DNA of 64,000 bases, taken from NCBI RefSeq assembly GCF_009914755.1, contig NC_060938.1; one strand, written 5' to 3'. The notes beneath the pieces are model-generated. The model worked only from the letters and a program-made list of their open reading frames with translations, did no database searches and was not told where the DNA came from. Positions within the stretch are counted from its first letter, which is position 1, and the number at the start of each line of letters is the position of its first letter. Shown in pieces: positions 1 through 17,840 of this stretch. Made by a program: the position numbers and the translations under genes. The DNA comes from the human T2T-CHM13v2.0 reference genome, Homo sapiens.

Positions 1-937
1 AAGGCTATTTTGCCTACAATGAAAATCTTTTGTTACATCTTGCATTTTTATTTTACGGAGACAGCTTCTTTCCTGAAACCTCATGAACCTCTGCTAACTT
101 CAAAATTTCTTTTGCAGCTTCCTGACTGACCTCTCTCAGCCTTCATAGAACTGAAGAGTTAGGGCTTTGACCTGGTTATGCATGGGCAGTTGGAAATGTT
201 GTGGCTGGTTTGATTTTCTATCTGGACCACTAAAACTTTTTCCACTGAAAGTTATTTCTCCGCTGAAACTTATTTCAGCAATAAGGTGGTTTCACTTTCT
301 TATCATTTATGTGTTCACTGGAATAGCACTTTATTTCAAGGAATTTTCCTTTGCATTCATTACTTAGGTATTTTTTTAGAGCAAGAGGCCTAGCTTTTGG
401 TCTATCTCAGCTTTCAACATGCCTTCCTTCCTTACTATGCTTAATCATTTCTAGCTTTTGATTTAAATGAAAGAAATACGAGTCTTCCTTTCACTTGAAT
501 ATTTAGAAGCCATTGCAGGATTATTAATTGGCCTAATTTCAATATCATATGTCAGGGAATATGCAGGCCCAAAGAGAGGGAGACAGATGGGGAAATGGCC
601 AGTTGTTGGAACAGTCAGAACACACACAACATTTATCCATTAAGTTCACCTTCTTTATGGGTGTGGTTTGTGGTGCTCCAAAACAACTATAATAATAACA
701 TCAAAGATCACTGATTACAGATAACCATAACAGATGTAATAATAAAGAAAAAGTTTGAATTATTGCAAGAATTACCAAATATGACACAGAGACACAGAGC
801 AAGCATGTGCTGTTGGAAAAATGTCAGTGCTAATAAAATTGCTCGATGCAGGGTTGCCACAAACATTCAATTTGTAAAAAATGCAATATCTGTGAAGTGC
901 AAAAAAGCAAAGGGCAATCAAATGAGGTGCGCTTGCC
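1..937 (-). mobile_element. Tigger1 (TcMar-Tigger DNA transposon), 5' part; continues beyond window start
   Basis: 800-937 is the reverse complement of the Tigger1 5' end as recalled (…gggttgccacaaacattcaatttgtaaaaaatgcaatatctgtgaagtgc…aatgaggtgcgcttg); upstream sequence matches the antisense transposase region. Confidence 0.85.
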
Positions 938-1669
938 CATACTTGTAAATGATCAGAGTCTCCAGACACATACTCTACCTCCATTTGCCCTCTTACAAGA
1001 TTAATGCCCCAATCTCCTCCTGTTAAGAAATGTGGGAGCTGCTACTGACTGCACAGGCCCTAAGGATGCCTTCACATCTAGCATGCATTGAAAAACAAAC
1101 TCAATAGGAAGAGCAGAGATGTAGACAGTATTAATTTTTAGATCCTCTGCTTTATGTTCATTGTGTACATTCTGTGTCACTCTCTTCTCACCCTCCACAG
1201 AGAGCTTTCTTTCTAGATCTGCCAAGGACTTCTTTAAGTTATTAGGACCATAAGTTCTTGCTTGTATTCTTGGCTATTTAAAAACCTAAGAAACATTTTG
1301 AAGTCATTTACTAAACTATTGCTTTCCATTTACTTCTCTTCCTACCAGGGGATATAAGCAAGGAGAAGTTTAATGCATTTATCTTTCCTCTCTGATCGCA
1401 TCTTGCCATCTGTGGTGCAGCCAAGAGGACCATAGAGGACTGCATCTGTAATGATTTTGCTTTAATATTCTGGATGCTACTATATATACCAAATAGACTT
1501 AGGAGGGAACTGAAGCCTGGGGTCTAGATGGGTAAATTCAGCTCAGTTACCTTTCTTTAGATGACTTGCCTGAAGTAGAACATACTAAACTTTCAGGTTT
1601 GTATGTGACATCTTTTAAAATAGCTCTATATGTGTGGCCAGCTCTGTTCAGAAAATGGAACGTCAAAGG

Positions 1670-1977
1670 TGACTCAGCCTAGCTGAGGCCAGAAGTTTAA
1701 TTCAGAACATAATTTGCTTTCCTTCATTTGCACACTGCAGTTCTGGGGAATAAAAGCCATTATGGAATCAAAGGACAATTTGCTTTTTTGTTGTTGTTGT
1801 TGTTCTGCACTGAATTTTTAAAGGCTTTTTTTTTTAAAAAGAACGTAAACAGATGAATACTACCAGATTCAGTACAGCTTAAAACTAAGTACCTTGAGCT
1901 CTTTTCCATGATAAACAGAAACCAGTCTTGGCTCTCTGCCCCCAAGCGCAGTGCTGCTGCATGTACTCAGTGAGTCA
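1670..1977. promoter_or_regulatory. Candidate enhancer motif cluster (AP-1/ARE, TCF/LEF)
   Basis: TGACTCAGC 1670-1678, ATCAAAG 1767-1773, TGAGTCA 1971-1977 in non-repeat sequence; motifs only. Confidence 0.25.
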
Positions 1978-2322
1978 GATTCTCTTCCTTCTCTGGGGGA
2001 AGGAAGTCCAGTCAGACATGGGCAATGATCCTCAGAGAAATGAGAATTTTAAAAGATATTCAATTATAAATGTTTTGGTATTCTCCCTCCCCTCGCTCCT
2101 CCAAAGCTAAATCTCTCACTGCCTTTTCGTTCTCTCTCCAAACTTTTAAGGGCAATTTTGAGTCTATCAGAGAAGTCTCTAAACCTTTCTATGCATCCTG
2201 TGAGGTGGGAAGAGTATCATTGGGATGGTGATATCAGGGGAACATATATCTACACCAAAAGGAAAATAGAAGAGATGACTTAATAGATTGAGGAAGACAG
2301 CAAATATTCAAGAGCCATATGA

Positions 2323-2637
<315 letters not shown>

Positions 2638-3769
2638 TGAAATTTGCTTTTTAAAGATTTTTGTTGTTGAATGGATTATAAAGCATGGAGCCAGAGGTTT
2701 TGGAGGCAGTGGCAGAGTGTGAGGATATTGATATGAATTATCTATTAAATCCTTTGGACCTTCTTCAAGAAATGTCAGTAAAAGGTGGAGTTGCTTTTAA
2801 TTACTTTTTGATTGTTAGTCTACTTCTCTGAATGTGACACTGCACAAAGAATAGACAATGTCAGCTCCCATTTTATAATAGAAATTAAAGAAGAAACTCA
2901 GTCTACACTAGGAGGGAGACAGCAAGTCTCTATAGTATTTCTTGAATCAATGATGCTTCATGTATCTCTAAAAAGCCTGTGAAACCTTGACCATGGAGGA
3001 GTCCCCAAGGAGAATGCTGACCTGGAACATGGCGAGGGCCTTGGAAAACTTCTCTGTACCAAGCACCTATCTCTACAACATCAGGACTCTCTGCTGGCCA
3101 CTGGGTAGCAGGATTCATCACTACCATTAAGAGATCCCTTGCTGTATTCAGGAACAAAAGATAAGAACAATTAATGATACATCAGGTATCTACCAAGGGC
3201 CAAGCACTGGGGCAAAGATGAGTACAGTGTAAAGTTCTTACAGCTGCAACCACTCAGGAAGCTTACAACCTGGCTAAGGAGTCACGCTTACACACAGGGC
3301 ACAGCCGTGGACTAGAAAGTGCTGGAAGAGTCAGGAAAGACACATTCAGTGCACATCTTAGGAAGGGCTTCTTATCTACCCCTAAGCCAGTCTCCAAGTA
3401 TGTCTCAGAGCAGAAGTTGCAATTGCTTGGGAGTTACCCATCACTCTGGGTTGGGGTTGCTGGCCTGTCAGAAGTGGAGACTGACTTCCCTGTTCCTGGT
3501 CAGGGTCGCATATTTTCACTGCTCTGAGCACTGAAAATTATTTAGTTGGCTCTGATGATGGGTAATGTTCATATAAGAAAAATGGAGGAAGAGAGAGGAT
3601 TGCAGGCAGCGAAAATGCATGGGACTTGGCATGGTAAGAAGAGGAATTACTTCTCTTTGTATTTACAAAGATTCATAAGTGCTCTCAGCTCAAGATAAGA
3701 GATCATGAAAACATAATTGTTTCCTATATAATTACACCGTTGATTGACTCTCCAGAACCTGCTTGTGAT

Positions 3770-4185
3770 TATTTTCACCCTTGCATCATTCTACCATAAA
3801 TGCTGGAAAGAGCAAAACCTCAATTTCTCATTCTACCTTCCTGCCAGGATTAGGCTTGTGACAGATGTGGCCAACAAGATATCATTAGTAGTCCCTGAGG
3901 TTTGCATTACCTCCCAAATCAAAACGCAAAATTCACTACTAAGGCTTAGCCCTCACCCTTCTTCTTGTCAAAAATGCTGACATACGTGTTCGTCTCCCCT
4001 GAGACAGGAAACATAAGGGCCAAGGAATGGATAATAAAGATAGAACTGAGAGATGGAAACAACTTTAGTTCCTGATGGCATCATTGAGCCACCATGACAG
4101 TTCTGAGTTTCTTCAAACTTCCTGCTTTATGAGACAAATAAAACTTTAACTCACAGTAATTGTTTGTTATTTGCCACCTAGTGAA
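3770..4185 (+). mobile_element. Old MaLR LTR fragment (MLT1-type)
   Basis: MLT1-like blocks ggcttgtgacagatgtggccaacaagat and cctgatggcatcattgagcc…tgagacaaataaa. Confidence 0.45.
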
Positions 4186-4879
4186 TTTATAATAGAAACT
4201 CAACAGGAATGCCACTTATTCCGTTGCTCAGGTCAATGAGTTATCATCCCACAGGGGCAAATCTAGTTCTTTAGGCTCCCATGGCTCCTTCTGCAGCCCA
4301 TAGGGTCTCCCTGAAATTAGAGCATAGCTTCCACTTTTCACAGGAAACAGGTAACACTCAAAGTCCGTATTGATTGCCAGATGTTTCCAAAGGTACGTCC
4401 CATAGTCTATGAAATTATAAGATTATATTTAGCCCCAAATGGGCCCTAGATTCTTTCAAAGTCAAGCTTATATTTTAAGCTAATAGCAAAAGACATGCCA
4501 TGTATTATTAATTTTCCAGTAAATAAGGTGACACACCATGGAATAAATATATTAATTTATGACTGAATCTATGTGATTTTAAAACAGCTGGTTTATAAAT
4601 ACCAAAATTATTCAAGCTACTCTCGATTAATACAAGTAAAAATCAACTTAAATATTTTCTAAATTCTCTCTCTCTACATATATATATAGTCAAACCAGTT
4701 TATATTATTTTGACCATATCAAATATATTAATACCCAAAAGTTACTATTTAAATCTGTACTTGTTACCTATTTCAGATTTTTTGAAATGTATTTCTGTAT
4801 TATGAGATGTTGCGATGTTTATTCATGATTTTTTCTTGGGTGGCAGGGGACAACTGATCTGTCTCAGGATAAATTTAGC

Positions 4880-5390
4880 TCACTTGGGATGCAAATTTTG
4901 TGTCTTGAGCCACTACTTAAGAACATCATTGTTTATTTACCAAGAATTTTGTAGGTCAGCAATTGCAGGATTGATTTAGCAGCTCAGTGATGAGATAAAG
5001 GACACTGGCTCTTTCCATTGCTCAAATCCTCTATCCTGCTTGTGTTCACCGTCATCCTTACTTTTGTCACTTCATGGTCACATTATGGCTGCCATAGCTC
5101 CAGGCATGCTATCTTTACCCAACAGTATCCAAACATGAAGAGAAGGAGAGGAGAGCCAAAAAAGACATGCTACTTATTCAATCCTCTTTCAAGCGAGAGG
5201 ATTAGGCTCTAGATGCCCTCAACTTCCTCTTTAGGAAATCATACCAGAATAATCTCTGTAAAGGGTAAGACGACAAAAGAAGTGTGATTATTGGCCTGGA
5301 GTAATCATGACACACCCGTTGGATTAGCTACATTGCCATATAGATTCTGCTAGCAAGGAAAACATGTTCAAGGCCAACCAGATAGCCAGT
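4880..5390 (-). mobile_element. Old MaLR LTR (MLT1J/K-like)
   Basis: atggtcacattatggctgccatagctccaggcat and flanking blocks resemble antisense MLT1. Confidence 0.5.
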
Positions 5391-5619
5391 TACAAAGCTA
5401 TAGGACCAGCAATGGGTCCTTCATTCCCTGATCATTGGAATGTTATTATCATCTACCATATTCGTATATCTTCACCAGAAGTTAAATGTCAATAATAAAT
5501 TGTTATATAAGCCTGTAATCTATATTTTATAATGAGATAGTATTCACCTTAACCATAGCAAATCTAAAGATTTTAGATGGTTATCAAAATGCAAAGCCGT
5601 ATAATAAATGGTATATTTT

Positions 5620-6738
5620 CATTTATTTGTTTATTCAATAAAACTTTACTTAATAGCTACTGTATGCAAAACTTTAGGTATTTAATATTTATCAGGAGAA
5701 AAATATATGAAGAATCCTGTCCCTAATGTACTACTTGGGGGAACAAATAATAAATAATAAACATTAATGAGTATTAAGTCCTTTTCTATGGGAGGATTAC
5801 ACTTTCTACATTTCTTACCTCTAGCTTGGTCATATTATTTGTTTTAGTTAATGAAATGTCAGTGGAAGTAACAGATGCTACTTCCAAGAAGAAGTTTCTG
5901 CTCTTTTCTATCAGGAGAAAGGCAATTCAGCCTGGAATATTCAGAATGAAGACGACACTGAAGTCAAGTCCATGGAAATAAAATGTTTTTGTAAGTGATT
6001 GATTGAGGTCATTTGGTACCATAGCATGATAGACTAAGCTGGTTAATACTGTAAATTATATAGAGAGAGTATATAGACACTAAGTATTGTGAAAAGAAAA
6101 ACAGTTGTGCAAAATATGGAGGAGAGTAGTAATGTAGGGTTATGTTCAGGTAGCAGCATTAAATAGGACAGTCACAGTAGACCTCACTGAGGAGATGAGA
6201 TTTGAATTTGCATTCTAGAAAAAATGTGAGGAAATTTTTTCCAAGAGAATATGTGAGGAAGGAGTGTTCCAGGTAGAAGGGCCAGCTGGAGGAAAGACCC
6301 TCAGATGAGAAGATGTTTACAATATTTGGGGAATATCAAGAAGTCTTCTGTGGCTGTAGCAAGTAAGAAAGGAGAGAGTAGAAGGCGAATTATAGGCTCA
6401 TGGAATGGGGATTTAGGGCTCATGAGAAAGACTTTGGCCATCACTCTGAGCTAAATGGGGAGGCATGGCAGGGTTTCCAGCAGAGAGTAGAATAGTACCA
6501 CAGTGACACTTAAAAAGTGTCACTTTGGCTGCTGTGTTAATAGACTGCTGTTGAAGGGTAAACGTGGAGCAGAGACACCAGTTAGAAAACCACAGCAAGA
6601 CTCCAGGCTAGATATGATGGTCACTTGACCAAATAGGCAGCCGAGGAGGTAGTAAGGGATAGTAAGATTCTGGATCTGTGTTGAATATAGAGAAAATAGT
6701 ATATATGTGGATTGGGTGTGGGGTGAAGTAAAATAAGG
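5620..6738 (-). mobile_element. L2 (L2a-like) 3' region, interrupted by an MLT1 fragment at about 5780-6050
   Basis: Antisense L2 tail atttatttgtttattcaata; typical L2 blocks gacctcactgaggagatgagatttga, gactttggccatcactctgag, gtcactttggctgctgtg. Confidence 0.75.
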
Positions 6739-6739
6739 C

Positions 6740-8260
6740 TCCATGCCCCTCTGACAGAATGAAAGTAATTCTCTCTCTAGTCATGAGGAGAAGCATTCAA
6801 CACTGTCATTCCTGCTCACTGCTTGGTGTGACCGCCGGTTGTTTCCATTAGGCCTGTAAGATACAAAATGCCACCAGATCACTAGTTAGAAGTGTCCATG
6901 ACCACAGTGGTTTGTGGGTATTAGAAACTGTCTAAGCATGTATAGATGAGAATCTGAGCATTCTTGCTACAGTGGTTTTATTATGGATCATATTACCACA
7001 TGTCATGTATGGTGTGGCATAAATCTAAAACTGTTTCATTATTTTGTACTGCTTTGTGATAGCTTGTGATGAACTTCTTTGGCCTCAATAACATAAAAAA
7101 TAAAACAAATTCATGTTTAATAAAAAAAATACTGAATATTCATTCCTCAAAGTTGATAAATATGGAACTTACACAAACTCATTTACCATCCTCTGTGGGG
7201 GTCATCAGGATACCACAGGTCAAATGAAAACCAGCACACAAAAATATAATGAAGAAGCATCAGCGTCTGCTTTAAGTCAGCTGTTAGTTGAGAAAGACTG
7301 TTACCAAAAATGATTTAATATGTGTACCTGCAAAATGTCGTTTTAAATATCACTAAATGAAGAATGACTTTTCCTTTAGATCAATGTTCGTTACTGTTAT
7401 TTTAAATTACTTTTGTTCAGTTTCTAATTCAAGCTTTCTCTAAGTTCATTAGTTGAGGGAATTTTTGAATAATAAAGTGATGCTGATGTTATATGAGTGC
7501 CATCAGATTCTTCAAATAGAAAAATCAGTTAACTGAGTAATGGTTTGATTATTTTACTCATCCAGTTCAAAGTAAAGCTTTTTACTTGTCATAATTTTGA
7601 AGGTAAAATTATTTAAATGCTATTATTTCACATGCCCTTTGGTTAAGTGCAACAATAAAGATTGTTGTATAATAAAAATGTGAATGCAGATTTTGTAGGA
7701 CACAGTATCATAATGAAAAGGACAATGTACTCACAAATTAAGGTCCGTGTGAAGTAGAAATATATATGGAATTGATTATGGAACACATGTAATTCAGACT
7801 TGAGTTCCAATTCGAGGTGATGGTCTAAAAATCAAAATGGAAGTTGTCAAAATTGGCAGTTTTTATACATACACGGAAAAAGTGAGCTACAAAGCTGATA
7901 TTTAATTTTAAAACATATTTTTACTTTTAGTAAGTCAGTTCATGCCACGTTTGATCTTTTGAAAAACTATTCAGTGGTTTATGATAGCAATAAGCTTTTG
8001 TAAGCAAGTCTTCTAAGTTTTGAGTGATGTTGCCTCAAAATTATTTGGAAATTTTTAATGGAAGTATTTAAGGATTGGAGAACAAAACCAAACCAAACTA
8101 ACAAAAATCCAGCTTCTAAAGATTTTGATGAATTACAGCTAATTTTTTAAAAAATAAAGCCTAAAACCACAAAAAAGAGTCACATTTATCTGTATAAAAC
8201 AGTGAATAACAAAACAAAATAAGTGATTATAGGTCAAATGAAGATTTAACTTTGAAATTT
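6740..8260 (+). mobile_element. hAT DNA transposon fossil (Blackjack-like), left segment
   Basis: Degenerate transposase motifs: SDSSNRK near 7503 and RNIYGIDYGTHVIQT*…MEVVKIGSFYTYTEKV from 7756, resembling hAT GxGCxxH…VVKIY..F..YT; left boundary approximate. Confidence 0.6.
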
Positions 8261-8261
8261 G

Positions 8262-11858
<3,597 letters not shown>

Positions 11859-12496
11859 AAACTTCAACAATAGTATCCCAACTGTGGAAATTTTTTTTAT
11901 GGAACTCTTATTTTAATTGAATGTGTGCATATTTTGTGCCAGTGAAATGAAATTGCAAAGTCCTATGATTTTGCTTCATCTAAATTTTGTGAAACACTAA
12001 AAATTATGTATAGACAAAATTATTTTACAGTATTTTCTTGTAAAAATATTTATCAAAGAAAGGTCCTCTTTGACAGAGGCAAAAACAAAGAACATAGCAT
12101 ATTTGAGATATACCATATATACTTTAATAAAATATATACTTTAATAAAAAATAGAAGTTAGATATCCTCCACTTAGAATTTTCTCTGATTTTCCTAAGTC
12201 CTGTGGCACTTATAGTATTTTTCTCACTTAAAAATATTATATCATAAGTATCCATTGAATATATCAGCAGTTCAAAATTAGTTTCATATTTTTAATATAG
12301 AATATGTGTTAATTTTATGAATAATTCCATTTTTGAAAAAAGTTTTGAATAAAATCTTTTCTAGATCCTTAATAAAGTCAAATCATCCATTGGAAAAATC
12401 TCTATTTCAAAAATTATTATTATTTCAATTATTTTCACCTCCTTTTCCTCTCCCAAATGTGTCCCAGTTTGGATTACAAATTATATGGTCACTTTA
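11859..12496 (+). mobile_element. hAT/Blackjack-like fossil, right segment with terminal repeat remnant
   Basis: Continues the transposase-like AT-rich sequence and ends tgtcccagtttggattacaaattatatggtcacttta, resembling the Blackjack/MER94-type terminus (…atatggtcacccta). Confidence 0.6.
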
Positions 12497-12740
12497 GTCA
12501 AAGGTGACATTAAGGATTTTGCCAGAACAACGAGATGGGTGGATTTGTCATGAGTTATGACGGGGAAGCTGGTGGATCTCCGGAGTGGTTTCATCATTGA
12601 AAAGAAGAGGGGTTCCGTTTTAGATATTCAATTTGGATGTCCACGTAGAGACGTTAAGTCAGCATTCAGATATACAAGTCTAGGCCTAATAAGGATATAT
12701 GGGCAGAAGATGCAATTTTGAGAGTCACTGTTACGTAGAT
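12497..12740 (-). mobile_element. L2 continuation (same element as 5620-6738); resumes again at about 13260-13345
   Basis: gtcaaaggtgacattaaggattttgccagaacaac resumes the L2 consensus where 6738 stopped. Confidence 0.65.
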
Positions 12741-12750
12741 TTTTTCTCCC

Positions 12751-13252
12751 TGTGGATTGCCCAGTACAGATGTAGATTCATGCTATCCCAATTTGCCTGT
12801 ACCTTTGTGATGTGACTTTGCCCCTCCTCCCATTAAGAGGTGAATTTTCATTAGCCTTGTGACTTGTTTTGACCAATAGACTGCGGCAGAAGTGATGCTA
12901 TGACTTCTGAGGCTAAGTCTACATAGGCCCTTCAACTTTCCCTTTCACAGTCTTAGAACACTGCACTGAAATGCCATGTAAGGCAGCCTACCTGACATCT
13001 AGGAAGGTGAGAGACAATGAGGAGGAAAACCAAGGTAACCTAGCTGACAGGCAGCATCCACAGCCAAATCTGTTGTGTGAGGCCAGCTTGGACTTCCTGC
13101 CTACCTTCCTTCTAAATGCAGCTAAACAAGTGATCCAGGTGACACCAGGAGAAGAACCATCTAGTCAATTCACAGAAACATTAAAAGAAAAGTTGTTGTT
13201 TTACACTGTCAAGTTTTGGAATGGTTAGTTACACAGCAACAGAAAACTGATA
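12751..13252 (+). mobile_element. MaLR solo LTR (MLT1G/H-like)
   Basis: tgtgactttgcccctcctcccattaagaggtg, gccttgtgacttgttttgaccaatag, and 3' end aagttttggaatggttagttacacagcaacagaaaactgata. Confidence 0.8.
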
Positions 13253-13729
13253 AAGTATGTAAGCAATGAAATTGATTACAATGATTTAAAAGAGATGGAT
13301 CAGGAAAGGATGAAGATCAAGGACTCAGCTCTGGCCCATTCCAATACGAATATTATAGCAAATATCTGTATTATATTAGTATATATCATATCTACACTAT
13401 GTGAAAGCATGACTAAATCATTGGGAAAAAATATGTATTTGTAGTTAAGAATAGCCATGGGAGTGATCCTCTGTTATTACAAAACTGTTAAGCTGATGTG
13501 ATGATTTATAGTGACAATGTAATCCTGTGTTTACCTATATGAGGCTTACAAATCCTAATATAGGATTAGAATTGTAAATATGGACTGCCCATGTTTACAA
13601 AAGGGTACACATGAAAGTTTTATTGAATACACACACACATATCAAAAATTTTCCAATGGCTAAACCATAGGGGGTATGTGTGTGCATGAGTATGAGCATG
13701 TGTGCATGTAGCCTATAAGAACTCTAGTG

Positions 13730-14930
13730 GGTAGCCAGGGATATAATGACAAAGACATGTGGCTTTATGCCATTATGAAGTGTTTGATTTAGTGAGGGAT
13801 ACAGATAATCAAATTGGCAATTACAATGCAAAGGGAAGTACAACTTGCTGTGGGAGGACATAGAGCACCTTAACCTTAGGTTTGTGAGAGGACCTACGTC
13901 AGAGAAGTTTCAGAATAAAATAATGTCTCAAGGTAGTCCTGGATAATACACAAATGCTAACTAGCCAGCCAGAGTCACGAGATGTGAAATCCTGAAGATG
14001 AGAGAAAGAGATCTTGGGTCTTCTAAGAACTCCAAGAAGCTGTGGTACATTGTGTGTGTGTTGGGGAGAGGTACGGGCATAGGAATACTGTGGAAGATAT
14101 GGCTAGAAGTGGGAATCAAAAACCAGGCTACACTAAGCTGTGCTGTCAATTCAGACTTCAGCCTAAGATTTAAAGTTAGGGTTTCAGTGTAGCGGTAGGA
14201 GCAGAAACTAGAATACAGTCGATTGAGAAATGTTTAGAAGAAAAGAACAGGCACAAAGGTGGTCAACACTTTCAAAGTCTGTGGCTATCAAATGGGGGTG
14301 ATAAAGAGAGGAGTGGCCAGAGAGAATATCATATCAGGAAGAGGATTTCTTTTTAGAAGTTAGGCAACACATGGACATGTTTAGTACTGATGGAAGGAAG
14401 GAAGCTCCAAGTAATGGGAGAGTTAAAGATACAGGAAAAGGAATTCTCTTCATTCATAAAGTGAGAACACTGAAAAGGTGAGAAGGACGGAGATCTGGAG
14501 CACAGGTAGAGAGATTAGCATTAGGCCATTAGTTAATATCCTAAAATGAGAGGGAGAGAAAGGAAGATAAGTGCCGGCAAATAAGCTGCTTTGGTTGCAT
14601 GAAGTTGAGAAAGTTATATTAATAGGCGTCTATTTTCTCCTTGAAGTAGGAGGGTAGGACATATGCTGAGGGGTAAGAAGCAAACTGGCAGGAACAGAGG
14701 TTTAGGAAGAAGGGAGAAGGTTGGAAATAGCTGTTGCAAAGAACGAGGGTGAGGACTAATTAGGAAACAATAGCAGTCCAGTTGAGGTTAGATATCACAA
14801 ATTTAAAGTAGAGTTGATCTGCTAGGTGCCTCATTAGTGATCAGCATTAGGGTATAAGTCCAAAGAAAACAGGAAGTTAAATTTAGTCAGAATTAGCTTT
14901 TTCCAGGTGGATTTTTTTAAAGGGTGATGG
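13730..14930 (-). mobile_element. Degraded L2 fragments
   Basis: Purine-rich L2-like blocks (cttgctgtgggaggacatagagcaccttaacc; ggtttcagtgtagcggtaggagcagaaactaga). Confidence 0.5.
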
Positions 14931-15554
14931 AGTCATATAACAAGCATGCTTTCCATATAAGGCAGATTAAGATAAAAGCCACGTAACACAATGTGGGTAA
15001 ATATAGAGAAAAGACACAAGTCAGTATTGGCTGCATTTGTTAAATAGAACAGTGGAAATTTTCTAAGATACATGGGAAATGGCACAGGCATTCTAGGTAA
15101 GGAAAACTCATTTGTGATGGCTTGGGCATAAAGAGAACACAATGTTCCTACAGACAGGGTAAAGAGTTGCAGCAATGGCAGGTCCATGGTGAGCCACAGT
15201 GTGAACTATATTCAACAGGTAGGTGTGCCTAAGTCTAGTAAGCCTTAAATATGTGTGTGTGTGTGTATGTAAAAGTTTGGAGCTACTGAAAGTTGAAGTA
15301 AAGCAGTGATACACCATGGGTAGTAATAGTGAATAAATAACATACAACACATATACACACACATATACACACATTAACTTGTATCCTTTTATCAACATCA
15401 CTATTGAAGTAGACACTGATGCTTTTACTTAATAGATGCCTACAAATATGAACAAAAATGTGATACCCATACAACTTACAAGATACCATGATCTAGTAAA
15501 AGTACTTTTGAAAACTCAATAAATGTTTTGGTTTCTGCAGAAGCCTAGTTTCTC

Positions 15555-17840
15555 TCAGTCCTTCAACAAATACTAAGTATCAGGTACTGTTCTAAGTAAG
15601 CTAAGAGCATGAAACAAACAGAAAAAGACATATATATCTTCTCTCAACAAGCTCAACTTTAATAGCAAAGATAGACAAAAATAGTAAAAATATATGTTAT
15701 CCAATAATGTGGTACATCCTTTAGAAAAAAAAATAAAGCATGGAAGGGAAGTAGGCAGTGGCCAGGCCTGGAGGATATTTTACAATTTAATATCAGTGGT
15801 CAGAAAAAGCCTCACTGTGAAGTCAACATTTGAATAAAAGTTGTAGGATGCAGTGAAAAAAGCCATTGGACAATTTGAGATGACTGTAAGGACTTTGGCT
15901 TTTATTCTGAGTAAGGTCAGGGCATTAGTGTTTTTTGAGCTGAGGGGAAACATCTAATTTAAGTTTTAAAAAGAACCAACTTTTAGCAGCCGTACAGAGA
16001 ATAGAGTGGGCAGGAGAGAATACAAATGGTGAAGTGAGCAGTAAGACTATTATAGTTATTCAAGTGAGTAGTGATGCTGCTTTACCCTGAAGGTAACACT
16101 GCTGTTGGGATAAGATGTTTGAATATGGATATATTCTGAAGATTATGCTTAAGGAATAAAGTATTTATCAAAGGGTAAAGCCAAGGATTACTCCAAAATT
16201 TTGGCTTGAGATAAAGGATGGATTTATCATTTACTAAAATGGGGAAGGCAGCAGGTTGGGGATGAAAATTAGGAGTTTACTTTGGGGCCTGTAAAGTCTG
16301 AGATGCTTATTAAATATTCAAATAGAGGGAGATATTGAGTAAGCAACTAGGTAAATGTATCTGGAATTAAGGAAAAAGTCCAGAGTAGGCTAGAGATATT
16401 AATCTTGGGTATGATTTCTTGTAGAGGAGTGTAAATAGAGCATAAAAGAGCTCTGATAAATGGGCTCCAGGGCCTTGCAAAGTGCAGTGGGAGATTGAGG
16501 AAAATAGCAGTGAGGTAGGAAGGCACAAAGAGGAAGGTGACATCCTGAAGCCAAGTGACAACAGGGTTTCCCAGGGAAGAGGATGATCAACTTTTTCATG
16601 CTACTGAGAGGTTGTGTCAGACGGTGGCTGAGATTTGACTGTTGCTTTTAGCCAAATGGATACTATTGCTAAAATTGACCAGAGCATATTATGTAGCGTG
16701 AGAGACTTATTGGTGTGGATCCAATACAAAATAAAGGAAGAATCGTTAGAGATAGCCCATATAATAGCTCTTTTGAGGAGTTTTGCTATAAAACAGTGCA
16801 TATAAGAAATGAGGCATTAGCTTGAAAGGGACTTAAGAGTAGAAGTTTTAAAAGTTGTCATAAATTTCAGTACTTTTGAATACTTATAGAAATGATCTGG
16901 TATAGGAAGAAAAAGTCATGATGTGCAGGGAAGTAGAGACAAGCTAGTGTGATACCTTTGAGTAAGGAAGAGGGAATGAGATCTAAGGGACAAGTGTATA
17001 AATTGGTCTCAGACAACAGTATGGACACTGCATCCATAGTATCAGGCAGATAGAAGAGGTGTATGAATAAAGATGCAGGTAAGCCAGACTTGTGGTAGTG
17101 AGAAATTGTGGAAATTCCTGATTGGTTGAATTTTCTTAGTGAAATAGGAAGTGATTTATAAATTTAAAAATAATGGTATATTGGATACAATCAGATACAA
17201 AGAACCAAGAGCCCATTTGAGGTTTAGTCATCATGTATTAAAGGGTAGGTCAATTAGCAAGTCAAGTCATGGGTTGTTTTTGTTTGTTTGTTTTGAGATG
17301 GCGTCTCACTCTGTTGCCCAGGCTGGAGTGCAGTGGTGCGATCTCAGCTCACTGCAACCTCCACCTCCCTGGTTCAACAATTCCCATGCCTCAGCCTCCT
17401 GAGTAGCTGGGATTACAGGCGCACGCCACCACACCTGACTAATTTTTTTGTATTTTTAGTAGAGATAGAGATGGGGTTTCACCTTGTTGGCCACACTGGT
17501 CTCGAACTCCTGACATCAAGCAATCTGCCTGCCTCAGCCTCCCAAAGTGCCAGGATTGTAGGCATGAGCAACTGCGCCCAGCCTACTTTTTTCTATACAC
17601 ATTGACTTGTGTGATTTCAAGAATAGAATACTTAGGAATTTAGATGTAAGTGGGATTCAGATTTTGTCCAGTGAATATGATAAAGCCAGAGGACCCCAAG
17701 TGAATTGGAGATACATGCTATAAAGTGAATACATTTTCTCTTGGTAAGAATAGGGAGAACATGAGGTAGATGAAAGACAGGGAAAAGACTGTACAGTTGT
17801 TGAACTGTAGGTCCTAATGGGGCAGGAGAATTTTATTATT
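15555..17840 (-). mobile_element. Long L2 (L2a-like), interrupted by Alu 17275-17583
   Basis: ttcaacaaatactaagtatcaggtactgttctaag tail, then colinear L2 blocks (gtaaggactttggcttttattctgagt, ggattactccaaaattttggcttgag). Confidence 0.75.
17275..17583 (-). mobile_element. AluS element (Sx/Sz-like)
   Basis: Full Alu dimer with (TTTG)n tail. Confidence 0.95.

Noticed and set aside
1330-1540. Plus-strand acceptor ttctcttcctaccag at about 1348 (a similar one at 25897)
   Set aside because: No strong paired donor; all frames close after the 1348 site, and such sites are common in AT-rich DNA
6759-6851. Short peptide MKVILSLVMRRSIQHCHSCSLLGVTAGCFH* resembling an extended-PHD zinc-finger piece, with an A-rich tract near 7120 suggesting a retrocopy
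   Set aside because: Only about 30 codons, no further ligands or TSD; better explained as part of the DNA-transposon fossil or chance
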